Source of the DNA: Catajapyx aquilonaris
Taxonomy: Eukaryota
Assembly (NCBI GenBank): GCA_000934665.2
Contig: KZ538540.1
Coordinates: 1-64,000, forward strand
DNA: 64,000 nucleotides
Reading direction: 5' to 3'
Shown: positions 12,501-25,322 of the stretch, one piece after another
Position numbering within the stretch: the stretch's first letter is position 1
Layout of the letters: each line of letters starts with the position of its first letter
Notes under the pieces: model-generated
What the model was told of the DNA's origin: nothing
What the model saw: the letters and a program-made list of their open reading frames with translations, nothing else
The model's database searches: none
Translations under genes and position numbers: made by a program

Positions 12501-15500
12501 TTTCATATTTTCAATAATTATTTTGTGTGTACAGGAAGTACCTGTTTTACACAGCTCCATTTCACACCGTTTCACATTAACACCTGTTTTAAAATTACAT
12601 GTGAAATTGCTGTATCAAATTTCTTTGACACATTTGAAGATAACACAATCTAAACATAAACACATCGCTGCAACCCTTCTGAGTCCAAACACACAACCAA
12701 AAAGGCTCTTCTTTTGTTTTTCTTGGTGCCTTGGGGCAGGTTCTATCGATATGTACAGTACCGTGTTGGTCTCGGCACTCCCCGAAGTACTCGAACCATT
12801 GTTAAATACCCAAAATGTACTGCAGTTCTTGCCAGAATAAGGAAAGGCGGCCTCAGAACCCTATGACCCTCAACCTGGAATCTCCCATTAATCAATGTTT
12901 CAAATATTCTGCATTAAAAACAGCAATATTAGTACTACCTATAGAAATTTTTTGGAAAGGATATGGCACCATCCTTATGGGAAATAGCTTTCGGTTAAAT
13001 TCTCCAAATTCTTTATATGTTGTAGAAAATAAGATGGTGATCAATTCTTAACATTGCGCCAAGACCTGAAAATCATCAGGTCACCCGCTACATTGGGTCA
13101 AAGGGCAGCCTACCGTTCCCTCATAAGGTCCACCAAATGTGGTACCAATGGAACGGGCTTGATTAGCTGGTTCTGAAAACCCACATGTTGACACCTGTGA
13201 CCTATAGGTCACGCGCTACGTCGGGTCAAAGATACAAAATATCGGTCCCTCAATTGGCCCATCTACTGTACAGTCCCGGGCAAAATAGCACATCATAAAT
13301 CCAAACAATGGCTTTGACGTTATCTGGCAACTGGGCGTGTTCGGACATCGGCATATGGAGAGTGCTTAGCGTTCTTTCTACTGTTGCCACTGTTTACAGG
13401 TAGCAATTGATGCTGGGCAACTTATAGGTCGCAGCCAGCTTATTCCAATGTCATGCATTAGACCCGTCGCTAGGTCGCCCAGCATCAATCGCTACCTGTA
13501 AACAGTGGCAACAATAGAAAGAACGTGAAGCACTCTCCATACACCGATGTCCAAACACACCCATTTGCCAGGTAACGTCAAAGCCATTGTTTGGATTTAT
13601 GATGTGCTATATTGCCCGGGACTGTACAGTACCGGAAAAGACAAAAACCGAAAGAATCCGTACGTCAGTTGATGCACTTTGAATTAGCACACCCCTGACC
13701 TTAATCATTGACACCCCCTCCTCGGGGGTGGAATATATTTCGTGTGCTGTGGACAAAAACCTTTCTTTGAGTCCAGGGATAATATTTTCCCAGCCTGGTT
13801 TGCTGCTGACATCATTATATTTTCCCGTTTTCTCCTGCATATCCCTGCAGATACTGTGTAAGCAGGCAGAAGAGACCCGTCGCTGGGTCGTCCGCGTCAC
13901 TCACTCGATTTGTAAACAGCCGCAACAATGGAAGCACTCTCCACATGCTGATGTTTGAATTGGCCCGCCGGACGGGGTTGCCAGGTAACGCAGCGCCGCC
14001 GCCGACGGAAAAAAAACATTCAGCGACGGCTAATGTGTCCAGCACTGTACAGTAGATGGGCCAATATATTGAGTGACCGATATTTTGTATCTTTGACCCG
14101 GCGTAGCATGTGACCTGTAGGTCACAGGGGTCAACATGTGGGGTTTTTCAGAACCAGATAATCACACCCATTCCATTGGTACCACACTTGGTGGACCGTA
14201 TGAGGGAACGGTAGGCTGCCCTTTGACCCGATGTAGCGGGTGACCTGATGATTTTCAGGTCTTGGTGCAATGTTAAGAATTGATCACCATCTTATTTTCT
14301 ACAACATATAAAATATTGGGAGAATTTAACCGAAAGCCATTTCCCATAAGGAATGGTGCCATATCCTTTTGGAACCTATTTCATTTACTAACATTATAAT
14401 TTTGTCTCGTTTTACACTGATCACTTTATGCCTCGTTTTGCTGGAGCCAATTAATGACATGAAACAGGTACTTCCTGTACTACTAGCCAACATGTTAACA
14501 CAGAAGAATAAACTGTAAAGGTGCGTTTACATGTGAGTGATGAATCCACTTATTGGAGCGAAAGTAACAATCACGGTAACAATCGTAACTCAGGTTACTC
14601 AGTGATGTTATCACCCGGCGATGACATCGTGCAATCAAATTACTCACATGTAAACGCACCTTAATGTCTGGAGATAATGTAGCCCTTTTTCTTAGAAGGG
14701 CATGGTTTTAAGCGTGTGAGAATCAAAGGCAGACCTTTGCTACCCTTTTTTATAATTACCTGGGAGTAGGCTACTCACTGAGTACATGTTTTTAAAAATT
14801 GCTGATATTAGTACAGCAGGTTTTCATACCTGTAAGCATCTCTTGCACCCATTACCATTAAATCTACGCTACTATTTTAATTGAACCACAGCTAAGACAG
14901 GCAAATGTATTTTTCACTATTTGCATACTTTGTCTATCCCCCCCCCCCCCTCACTCACACACGCACAAACATTACTGTTGCAGTATTAAGAAGTTTTTTG
15001 GTAGATGTAATAATACACTCACACTCCTTCCTTAGATCCATTCCACTTTTAGTCCAGTGAGGGTGGGCTTTTGTTTGGTAGGAGGTGGGCAGGCCATTCT
15101 AGCATATATGGTGGAAGCTGTACCATGAGAATTGCCAATGCTTGCTCCTAGGACTGTAGTCAAGACTTGGGACTTCTTGATATGCTAGCCAAGATATCCA
15201 CAAGCAGCCATGGGGTTCTGTGCCCATGGAAATTATGCTGCACCCAAGGGGTTAGCAACTCCCTGGAACCGGTGTACGTACTGCCCAAGGAACCAGCTGG
15301 AACCGGCTTGGAGCCAGCCCGGAACCGTCCTGGAACCAGCTGGAACCTCCCAGTTCCAGGATCTGGTGTACACTTTTTTGAGGAGTTGCTAATCCCTTGG
15401 CTGCACCTCCTCTGTCCCCTTATTACTGGTTTTTTCTGTTATTTTCTCTCCTTTATTTTTCAATCCTTCTCTTCTGTGTTCCATCCACTCACCCACCCCA

Positions 15501-18500
15501 GAACCTTGACCACCTACTCCCCCTCCCATCATCTACAGAGCCACAATAAAAAAGCGATCTGTGATAGAGAGGACATGGACCTATTCTGGAGGGTGCAACT
15601 ACTTAGCTAGAAAATTTCTCTGCACCCCCTCAGGCCCACAAAAGCAAATCCCACATGAAAAATTCTTGTTTTTGTTCAATGCTGCATAAGATGATGGTAC
15701 ATAATATCAAGTTACAGGTATAGGGATGGGTATTTTTGCTGTCAAGAGAGGGAGTCTGCATAAGGAGTAGAGTGGGGGCTAAATAAAAACAGGCCATTTG
15801 AGTGGGGTACTCTTAAGTCTGTGAAGGAACCCAGTTTTCCTTCTTGCAATGATTCGTTTAGGATAGGGCCTGTTGTGTCATCAATGGGGGGGGGGGGGGG
15901 GGGGNCCAACCCTGCTATGAATGGTCTCCGCGTATGGTAGCAAAGGAACACGCAATGACATGTCATTTGAGCTGTAAAGGTTCGGTATTGGGAGTCATAT
16001 ATGGCCACTTATTTTCACCAAATTGGTATTTCAAGTGGAAGCAATGCATGGAATCGTTTATTAAGGTTATGATCACAAGGATCACAGTACAACAAGGGAC
16101 ACTCCATACTAATCCATAAGTCACTTTTTTGTTTGTTTGTTTGTTTTTTGAAAGTATGCTTCCACCAAGACAAACCACGAAATCCATGGGTGAATTTTGA
16201 AGATTTCACTTTCTTTGACCTAAGTAGGATGCCTTCTATCCTGCCCTGTCTTAAACCTTGAGCTTCATTTTGCTGCTTATGCTGTGGTTTTGCAATTTAG
16301 AATGCATTGTGACCTCCCCAAAAATACAGCTACAACCTAGCTTGTTAGACATGTTTGGTAATGCAGTGTGTTTCTCTGCTGTGATAATAATCCTTTATTC
16401 CTCGCATTGCAGGGACCGCCAAATCGAAACCGGCCAACTACAGGCCCCCATTCCAAATCCATTCTCCAGTGGCCATCCCTTCTACCCCCGCTGCAACTGA
16501 TGTGCCCACATCCACTACAACCACCACCACCATGGCCACACCTCTGCCACTGGTGCTCCCAGCTACCACCGCAACCACCACCATGACATCACTGACCATG
16601 GCTACCTCGAATCTATCGTTGTCGTCTTCGTCTTCGTCGTCCTCGCCATCCCCATCCCCACCAGCTCCAAGTGTGGCATCATCTGAGACCACCACCACTG
16701 TGTGTTCACCAGGCACAGTAGTTGGTCAAGGAGTAGGCACCCTGCGATTTGGGTTGACTGGACCTCCTCAGCAGGGCAGGAAGGGTGGAAGAGGCAGAGG
16801 TGGAAATGGTGCCAAGGTGGACTCAGAGAGGGTGAGGAAGTCACTGCCCCCACAGAAGGTTCCCAATGGACTCAATGTGCGTCTGCAGGAGGAAAGGAAG
16901 GAAGTTGCTGCTGCTGTTTCCATGCCAACCATTCTGCCAAGTGCAACTGTAAGTTATTCCATTTGCTCCCACTTTGGAGGCACCTTAATGGATATTGAGA
17001 ATTAATGCATCCTATTCAGAAGCTGTTAATCCTCTAACTCAATAGCACCTTGTAAACAAGCAAAGATCCCAAATAAGCACAGCCACTGAGATTTTTCTTC
17101 TGTCTCATTTTTCTTGCAAAATTACTTCCTCTCTCATCCATGATGTCTTTATGGCAGTACCTAAAGTATTAAATTCATATTAGATGTTCATGCCTATTAA
17201 AGCAAAGTGCAGACATAGTGCATAAGTGCTGAAATCCAATTCATGGGTAGGTATGCTAATTTATTGTTTTCTCATGCTTGCACATAGGTACCTGTAACTC
17301 CCCATGTGACACTCCCTCCAAGCCTGGTTGGAGGCAACCCTGCCTCCAATGTTGCCGTTGGTGGTGGCAGCAGCAGCAATGGTGGTAGCAGCAGTAACAG
17401 TGAGAGGGGCACGCCCAATGGTAGTGTATCCTCTTCCTCATCCTCTTCCCTGTCGTCATCCCTATTGCCACATCCTCATTCCAGTCCTCCTCCTCCTCCA
17501 CAGACTATGCCCTTGACCACCAGCACTCCTCCATTACTCCCGACGGAACCCATGACAGCAGCCACCTTTACCCTTCCCCATGCACTCCAGGCAGCTCACG
17601 GGCTAGTCCCCATGCATGCCATGGCCTCAGTTGCCTCCATGGCAGCTGCAGCCCAGGCTCACCATCAACACCATCATCAGCACCAGGTAAGATCATAATC
17701 TTGTCAATGCAACAGCCTATGTTAATTATTTTCAGTTGAGATAGTGCTATATTAGTAGTGATGGGGAATGGAATGGTTCACTAGGGGAATGGTAAGTCCA
17801 CTAAGAAAATGGAAAGGAATAGTAACATCCACTGTCACCTCATATAATAAAGTTAAATAATTACACTGTCATATGTAGTCACACTCCATTTTTTCACCAG
17901 CAGGGCAACCATCACAGTGGCAACCACTCCCATCTCAGCCAGCAGCAACCACCACCACCACCTCCTCAACAGCAGCAACAGCAGCAGCAGCAGCAGCACT
18001 ACCATCATCTCCTCCCATTCCCATATCTAACCCTGGACCAGCACGGGGCAACCCTGCCCACAACAACTTCGGTCCGGTACACCTATGCCCCGACTCCAAC
18101 CACCTATTCCACCCCCTTTGCCGGTTTCCAACAGCGTGGTTCTGGCAGCACCAACAACACCAATGGAGGCAGCAACAGCGGCGGCGGGAGCAACGGTGCT
18201 GGGAAGGGCCACTCCCACAACGGCCACCCAGGAGGCAGTGGCTTCTACCCGTCCCACCAGAGGATGGCTGGAGGAGGACGGAGCATGACAGTATTGCCTC
18301 TGGTGGCTGCCCCTCAGCCCCAGCACCCTCCACCCCCTGTTCCATGCAGCAGCAGCGGGGACGCCCTCATAGCGGATCCAGGAAGCTCCAATTTGAGTTC
18401 CGGACGTGGCGCTGGCGCCAATCCGCACGGAGGCCATCCTCATCACCCACCCCCCCACCCCCACCACCCTCACCACGCCAACAGCTACTCAACCAGCAGC

Positions 18501-21500
18501 GGGTCAGAGATCTCCAGTCCCCCAGCATCACCGATGACCTCCCCCTCACAGACCCCAGCTCCCAACGGGCCCCCCCCTGTCGGGGTCGTCGCCGGAGACG
18601 TTCTGGCAGACGGTCATCAAAAAGGTATCATTACACAACTGTTTTAGATCTTGTTTTGATCTGTTCCCATCGTGTAAGGCAATGTGCCCAAGGTATGCTT
18701 GGAAGGGTTTTGAAGTACAGTTACCAGTTGTAGATGGAATCAGGAACACATGATACCCTGTGTGAAAAACCTGACATCGGGTGACTTGGCATTTCTTGTA
18801 ATATAAGGTCAGCATAGTGTATGAATGTCACACGTCAATCAAATATACTAATATGTTGCTTTCAAAAGCTTCCTTACTTTTACTTTTTAAGAGAAAAATG
18901 TTATGAATAAACATCTTTCTCACAAAAAGGAATAGATCCCATAAATGCACAAGCCTCACCTAGCACACTTGATTGGCGGCCGGCATAACCCTAAACCTTC
19001 CCCCAAGCGTCCAGACCGTTTCTGTGGCAATAGTACATCTCCAATGCATTACAAGAATGCTGGTTATTGATGTGACATGTCTCACTTTCATTTCACAGCA
19101 GATGGTGTGATGGAAAAGGCTCTAATGACACCTCCCGAGGCACCGTCACCGGCAGCAGCCCCGGTGTATCAGGGTCCCAGGAGGCCTGAGCGCCGGAACT
19201 CATGTTCCAGCCAACAGCAGCAACCCCACCCAACCCCTCACACTCACCCGCACCACTACCCCCACCACCACCACCATCACCACCACCGCCACTCAGATGA
19301 CAAGCCTGGATCCTCCTCCTCAGGTCGCTCCTCTTCAGATGAAGGGGGTGGCTTCCCCAAGGCTCCCCCTCCTACAGCTGGCTGCTTCCAGTCCCGGCCA
19401 CCCTACCTCCACACCAACACTCGCAACAATACTCGCCGTGAGGGTAGTCCTGGGACTGATGCTCCTCCCTCCTCCTCCCCGGCCACCACCACCACAGCAG
19501 ACATCCCACCAACTTACTCCCCAAGGTTTCTTCCGCCACCACCTTCGGCACCACCCTATGCATTCCCGCCACATTTTATGCAGCAGCAGCCCCCTACCAC
19601 CAATGGATTTATCCACCACACACATATACCCAACTTCCACTTCCCACCAAATGGTGTCTCACCGGAGATGCTCTATGCAGCAATGGCTCACCAGCAGTCA
19701 GCAGCCTTTGCAGCAGCTCCAGGCTTTTTGCAGCAGCCAGGTGCTGTGGCAGCAAGCATGGCTGGTGCGATGGCTGCAGCTGCTGCTGCCAGCAAAGGAA
19801 AGCTGACCTGCTACAACTGCGGTGGATTTGGTCATCGGGGAAACGAGTGCAAAGAGGCCACCATGGAGGAGATCACCAAGCCAGGTCAGGCCAGGAGACG
19901 GAAGCGCTTGTAAAAAGATGAGACCAGGACTAATATTCTAACCTTACCCCACCCCACCTCTGCACATACTTGTCTATCTGCCGGCTTATCTCCCCCTTTT
20001 TTAAAGTCTTACCCTGATCCTTGCATTTCACTCACACTTGCTGCTCCCCTGACTGTCTGTGATTGTGGGACTCAAGCACATTTAGCACACAGGTTACATT
20101 CTTTGGTCTAACTTACCAATCCGATGGGCAGAAAGTTAGGCAAGGTTGAGAGCCATTTCATTATGCAGGTTATCTTTGATTCTTTTGCCAGCTAATATTC
20201 CTGATATTTTATGAAAGGGCACTACACTCTGACACCTTAGAATGGAGAGAATATTCATCTTGTATAATCATGATTGCATATGTAAATTTGGGGTTGAAGT
20301 CTGTGTAACAGGACTTACCATCTGCCACTATATGCGGTGTGTTCCAATTTATGTCATGTTTTTTGGCACAAAGCTGTTTATTGTTGAGCAGTTGCTTTTG
20401 ATCAGTTACTTTTGGGAGCTACAAGGAGGTTAACTGCTAATGGGTTGAAAGGATATTATTTCTCTATCTCTGAACTTGTGACTGACTACAGGGGAGAAGT
20501 TCGGAACACTTGGTCTAAAACACCCTGCACTGAGTCATTCAGTGTCTCTCTTTGATATGCCCACCAAAGAAAGTGTCCTTGATTAGTGAAAATATTGATG
20601 GGTGTTCGTCTTGCAGATCTATGCATTTTTTGTGGGTAGTTCTAGGCTGTAAATGACCCATTGCCCTCTGGAGGTAATGGGTTGCACCTCTTTTTTTCCA
20701 GACCAGAATCCCCCTCCAATGTTAACAGGAGATATTTACACTCTGCCCAACAGCCCCACACTATCAGCTGGTAACCCATGGAGTAACTGCTTAATAATAG
20801 GCAGCTGAATGCCAAAGAATCACAAATTGCTATTGGCGCTTTAGTTGGAACACACTATAAGTAGAGCCCATCACTTACACTGCAATTGTTCACTACAGTA
20901 TCACGTCAACTCCTTTGACTGGTGTCTTAGGTGGTATTTTAGAACTTGTGGAAATTGCCTTTCGGAACAGGAATTCATGCATAGATGTTGTGGTGTTGTA
21001 ATCGTGAGCGCCATTGTGTGTGTGTCATGCATGCGCATATTAATCTATCCATCAGCAAGAGTTGCCAAGGACATAATGAAAGGTGTTCAAGCTTGCCTGT
21101 ACTTCTCTCTTTCTTCAAGTTGTTTCTTACTCAGGACATTCCAATACAGAGGTAGATCACTTCCAACAATCACACAGCATATATTGTAACACAAGTAACA
21201 CAAGTCTCACATAGTTGCATCGTGAATTGTTGATTGTGACAACCAAATAATGCCCATTGAAGCAATGATGTGAATCTCTTTTTTTTTTGTATTAAGTGCC
21301 TGTTCCTACCAAGAAAGTGCAAGTGTTGCATTGCAAGAATAAAGACAAATTGTGACAAATCATGAAGTTACATACAGCGATAATTATATATGCACCACCT
21401 GGGAAAAGAAGCTAACATACTACACAAACGAAATAATCCTAGGATATCATTGTTGGATGCAAGCTTTGAAGTGATCATGATAATCAGGACTCCATTGTGT

Positions 21501-22188
21501 TTATTCCTGTTGGCATGTGTCTGTGAATTAGTGAAAACTGTTGTGGCGCTTGTGCTCACCCTTGCCTTTCTCCATCTAGGCTAATGTTTGCCCCTCCAAG
21601 TTCACTTCTGGTACTTCGTTCTTTGTAAGCCTGGTATAATTTTAGCAATGCAGTCAAGTCCTTCTTGATATTTGTGTTGGGTTTTAAGCACATATTGAAA
21701 CTTGTCCATTTAGAAAACTCCATGCTTTTAAAGTACCATAGTGTGGAAGTCCGACAACCTTCAGTTATCCCCCTACTACATAGCACAAAATCCTATACCA
21801 TGTAAATCAGTGATAAAAAGAAAACCTTCACCTCTCATCCAAGACTCGTAGGCAAACACTAACTAGCATTGCAAAAGTGTTGGCTGTGATCATGTCTTGT
21901 CCTGTTTCCTCTCATTTCCTTTCGACTGGAATCTGCCTGTGGTGTGTGCTACAAAACTGTGGAAAAGTGGTCTATGTGGGAGACATCTTTTTATTTTCTG
22001 TTTCTTTTACATCCCCTACCATTCATCTTACTAAACTCCTAACAGAATTTGTTTTTCTACTGTGTAAATGTCCAATATATGAAAGAAACCGCAGGCTGAA
22101 GATTTTCTCCCGCCCTTCAACAGGCCAGTACCGGCTGAACTATGCACCAAATCCTACCAAGGATGCCGAAAATCATGGGGAGGACTGA
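574..22188 (+). CDS. ZCCHC14: ZCCHC2/ZCCHC14-family zinc-knuckle protein (N-terminal Smaug-like helical region, PX-like domain, long low-complexity region, C-terminal CCHC knuckle)
   Basis: Phase-compatible GT-AG exons: 574-1119, 6849-6954, 8557-8693, 8787-8988, 16413-16948, 17288-17686, 17901-18624, 19099-19884, 22124-22188. The N-terminus WFRGLPGARRIDLMCSLLNSCLPLELRFLGTCVEDLGKRDYHQLRDAEYRAN matches the ZCCHC2/14 N-terminal block. CYNCGGFGHRGNEC is a CCHC knuckle, and the spliced tail PGQYRLNYAP resembles the vertebrate ZCCHC14 tail (PGTFRLKYAP). Probably co-orthologous to ZCCHC2 and ZCCHC14. Confidence 0.88.
3729..4000 (+). mobile_element. tRNA-derived SINE with V-domain-like core
   Basis: Pol III A box (GTGGTGTAGTGG) and B box (GAGTTCGATCC), core GGGTTTTCTCAGGGCTCTCCTGTTTCCACCC, and a (TAC)n tail. 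Related copies at ~35021-35170 (+) and ~36400-36610 (-). Confidence 0.7.
4048..4231. mobile_element. Palindromic MITE
   Basis: TIR AGGCCCATACACACAGGCC / GGCCTGTGTATATGGGCCT, plus internal inverted arms GGACCAATCATGACTCATGTAAACAAGC / GCTTGTTTACATGAGTCATGATTGGTCC. Confidence 0.75.
5645..5966 (-). mobile_element. Non-autonomous Helitron
   Basis: On the minus strand it starts TCTATCTACCTATCTACCTATATAAATAAAG, carries a (CTGT)n microsatellite, and ends with the hairpin CCCAGGCAACGCCGGG followed by CTAG. These are the standard Helitron termini. Confidence 0.7.
7536..8021. mobile_element. Harbinger-type MITE (TTTACATGTGA family) interrupted by a SINE
   Basis: Left end GGCAGTGTTTACATGTGAATGATG, right end CATCACTCACATGTAAACACAGC. 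Same family as 14519-14661 and 39718-39886. Confidence 0.65.
7632..7986 (+). mobile_element. tRNA-derived SINE nested in the MITE
   Basis: A box TGGCCGAGATGG, B box GGTTCGATCCC and a (TAAAA)n tail. Imperfect TSD AATTGGTTTCATC / AATGGGTGTCATC. Confidence 0.75.
10953..12088. mobile_element. PIF/Harbinger non-autonomous element with internal ~300-bp-arm foldback
   Basis: TIR GGGCTGATTTCTCGAACAGTGGTTCAA / TTGAACCACTGTTCAAGAAATCAGCCC, with TTA on both flanks (10950-10952, 12089-12091). Internal inverted arms at ~11143-11440 and ~11510-11808. Confidence 0.85.
12959..14366. mobile_element. Long-TIR foldback element, Mutator/MULE-like
   Basis: Inverted arms of ~310 bp (12959-~13270 and ~14045-14366) starting GGATATGGCACCAT. 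Flanks TTTTGGAAA / TTTTGGAAC form a 9-bp TSD with one mismatch. Confidence 0.75.
13271..13624. mobile_element. Palindromic MITE with TA flanks inside the foldback
   Basis: TA-CAGTCCCGGGCAA...TTGCCCGGGACTG-TA with ~160-bp inverted arms. Confidence 0.7.
14519..14661. mobile_element. PIF/Harbinger MITE
   Basis: 20-bp TIR AGGTGCGTTTACATGTGAGT / ACTCACATGTAAACGCACCT with TAA on both flanks. Confidence 0.85.
15263..15360 (+). repeat. Degenerate ~10-11-bp tandem repeat (TGGAACCAGC-like)
   Basis: GGAACCAGCTGGAACCGGCTTGGAGCCAGCCCGGAACCGTCCTGGAACCAGCTGGAACC; probably a subterminal array of a decayed transposon. Confidence 0.5.
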
Positions 22189-25100
22189 CCATGGGCCAGC
22201 GTATGAGTTTTACTTGCCTCACTTTTAGGAGGATGTAACGGGGATGAGAAATTTTGATGTGTTTTTTTTTTTTACCTACTTTCTTTACTGTGATGATTTG
22301 GAAGTTGACATAAACTGGCTGTGTGTTGTGAAGGATCAAACTTTTCAGCAACGTGTCACATGGATTTAGAGTGATTTTACCCCTTCCCAAACCACCTGAT
22401 ACTCCTTCTGTTTGTTGCCATAATTTATTTTCTAAGTCATAACTGCAATCAGACTGTTATAATATTATTGCAAAGTGCCCTGCTTAAAGATATGCAGTAA
22501 TGGGTGGGTAAATTCATGGTCAACATCATCCCAGATGTAATTCACCAGCCAACAAATACATGCGAGAAACTGTGGAGCAGTTGTGGGCCAAGTAGCAGAA
22601 TGCTGTATTTTGGTTCCTTACATGTGGGAAGCATTTGTGTCTGACCAGAGTATTTCAAAATTCATCAGTGCGTGTGCAAATTGCAAGGGGGAAACATATC
22701 CAGTTATTGTAAATGTGGAGCCCAAGTTGTTTTTTTGTGTGTGGGTTTATTGGCACAATGGCTTCATGATCAGGTCATATCATAAAGAGTGTTAACGGAC
22801 CATTTCATTTTTAAATCATTTTTGGTCATGTTAATTAGACATTGCTTTAACACCCAGAGCAGTGCTTTGCCTCTGGAATGAAAGGTGCCATTGACAGGCA
22901 GTCATTGTGCCAAACACAAGCAAGAGTGCATACCAGGCCAAAATCTAGGTTTTCAATCAATTTGGTTATGATTTTAGAGGTTTACATTCCATTGCATGTT
23001 ACTCCCCCATGCATTGTGCCAAAATAGGCAGTGTGCATGTAAATAATTTTCCTCTGCCATCATTAATTTTGTTTTTTAATTCAATCTTTCTGCCTTCCAA
23101 AAGTTGTTTCACACTGGTCCTAGCATATCAATAGTCACTGGCCAGCTGGGAATTTTTAAGCGCTGGTTTTTAGAGCCTGGTTCAGAACTAACCACAATTT
23201 GTGTTCCTGATCCTGCGCAAGTAGGATCCCCTCTTTGTTTTTAAATATTTCGGGTCACTGTTGATGCAAAGATATGCCATTGTTCAAAGACTTGCACAGA
23301 AATTTCAATCAAGTGAGTGGGGATTGACCGACATAATTTCATTTTGGTGATGCCCTAGCTTTAGTTGCAACCTCCCAAAGCATAATACTAAGTGGCTCTC
23401 ATTTTTGGAGGAAATAAAGAGGACGTTGTAATATTTATGACAAGCGTTATGTAGACGCATTAGGGAAGTGCGAGTAGAGGAGTACAGGGTAGATGAAATG
23501 AAAATGAAAAAAAGAGAAAGGAAAGAATAATGGACATCAAGATTTTGAGTCATTGCCATGCATGAGGCCATCACACTGTACATAATACTGCTGCTTTTAA
23601 TTAACACTTTCAAGGCTTGCTTCACCCCTGGCTGTGCCACTTCGGTCGATCCCACCTTACCAAAGTAGAAGCAATATTTAAGATGCCATCATCTCATTAT
23701 GCAGTTTTAGGTATGTTCGTTTGACTACTAAGGGTCAAGGCTGCAAATTATGCAATATGTTAGTTAACACTTCTCTGTTGAGATTATTTGCAATACATGG
23801 ACTTGTATTACGTGATAATTTCGGTGTTGCAACAGTTGGGACAGTGTGCAACAGGTGGCACTACTTGTCATTGCAGCGCCATCTCGTGTGCCTCAAAAAG
23901 AACTAGCCATTTACAACCCCTTAAAACATACCCAAATGGTTGCCTTCATGAACATTATGCATGGCATCCAACACATATCTGTGCATGTCCTTGTTTATTA
24001 CTAATTTTTTTCTTTCCCCCCCCCCCNTTTTTTTCCCCCCCCCCCCCCCCTCCACCCATCTTCCCATTCTTTCCCTTATTCCCTCTGAAACCTTACACAC
24101 CCAATCAGCCATTCTAACTCATCCCACCTAAAATTAGAAGAGTGTTCTGGGTAGCTCAAGTGATTGCTATGTGATATTTAAGTACATACCCATTTTTTTT
24201 CTCCCTGTTCCCACTACCTGATTTTTTAAACATATTTTTTTAAACGGAGTCGAGTCAGCGAGTTTGTTTCTCAGTTGGTGTGGTATTGAACCTGCTCAGT
24301 ATTTTTGTTCCTGTGCCAGACTGAAAGACGAGTACAGAAGAAATTAACTCGCAGTGCAGTGTGTTCGATCTTCCAGTGGATTTTTTTTTGTGCTACTCTT
24401 TTTTTTTTTTAGGGGAGGGAAAGGGTATACTTGGACAATGACCACTTTATGACAAAGTAAGGAATTAAATGAGAATGTTGAAATGTACAATGTGAATAAT
24501 AGCTGAGTGAAGATGTGTGCAAATTTTTAAAAATATCTGACTTGACATTACCAAGCTGTGAAGAGCTACATTGATCTTCACTGGACTTGTCCAAATAATT
24601 TAATGTGACAAATAATTTTTTTAAATGTTTGTGCTTTTTGAGCCTGCCGCGTGCATCAATTTGTAAAAAAAAATGGGAGAAAAATGTTGAAAAACACTCA
24701 AAATACCAAATGCAATTTTTTGTCTGAACAACATAGCCGAAGAAAAGAACATAACAAGTGACTTCCATTACATGCAAATAATGACCACAATGACCGACAC
24801 AACAACAAATGCAAAGGAGGAAGTTGATTTGGTAGTTATGTAATTTTGTGTATCGGAAACAAATTGTGATTCCAGATTTGTGAGACCCACCCGAATCTCG
24901 AGGGCAGTGCTGTACATAAATAGAGCGATTACTTTTATCGGATTGGTTGAGACAATTGTAAAGAAAGGAAAAATGGATCATGTGCATATAATTAAGATAA
25001 GGTGAGTAAATAAAACCCATTTTCCATATGTCGTTCACATTGCCCGTACTTCTGAAAGGGTTCACTGGATGAACCCCTGAAACATTGTTAACTGCTTCTG

Positions 25101-25316
25101 TTACCATTGGGCAGAGTTAAAATAAGTGGAAATTTAAAAAAAAAAAGGTTCATTAAAAAAAAGTTGTACATACTTAGGCTAAGTGCCATTCGTGGCACAA
25201 TAAGGCCAAACTCTTAGAGCTAAGTCACAAAATGATGAAATGACTATATTTCTAGAGACAATTCACATAAATGCTGTAAAATATTTTATTGTCTTCATGT
25301 ATTGAAAAATCATTGA

Positions 25317-25322
25317 AATAAA
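25317..25322 (+). terminator. Probable polyadenylation signal ending the ~3.1 kb ZCCHC 3'UTR
   Basis: AATAAA followed by a GT/T-rich stretch, at the end of an AT-rich UTR-like region and just before the mariner fossil. Confidence 0.5.

Larger units (their letters stand above)
12532..14477. mobile_element. Tc1/pogo(Tigger)-type MITE hosting nested insertions
   Basis: 16-bp TIR CAGGAAGTACCTGTTT / AAACAGGTACTTCCTG with TA on both flanks. Confidence 0.6.

Noticed and set aside
256..24050. Poly-C/poly-G runs containing N (256-290, 6975-6992, 10611-10646, 15886-15905, 24016-24050)
   Set aside because: The Ns show the run lengths are unresolved by sequencing; G-quadruplex claims cannot be supported.
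24409..25107. 232-aa minus-strand ORF
   Set aside because: Antisense to an AT-rich 3'UTR; composition looks random and no domain is recognisable.
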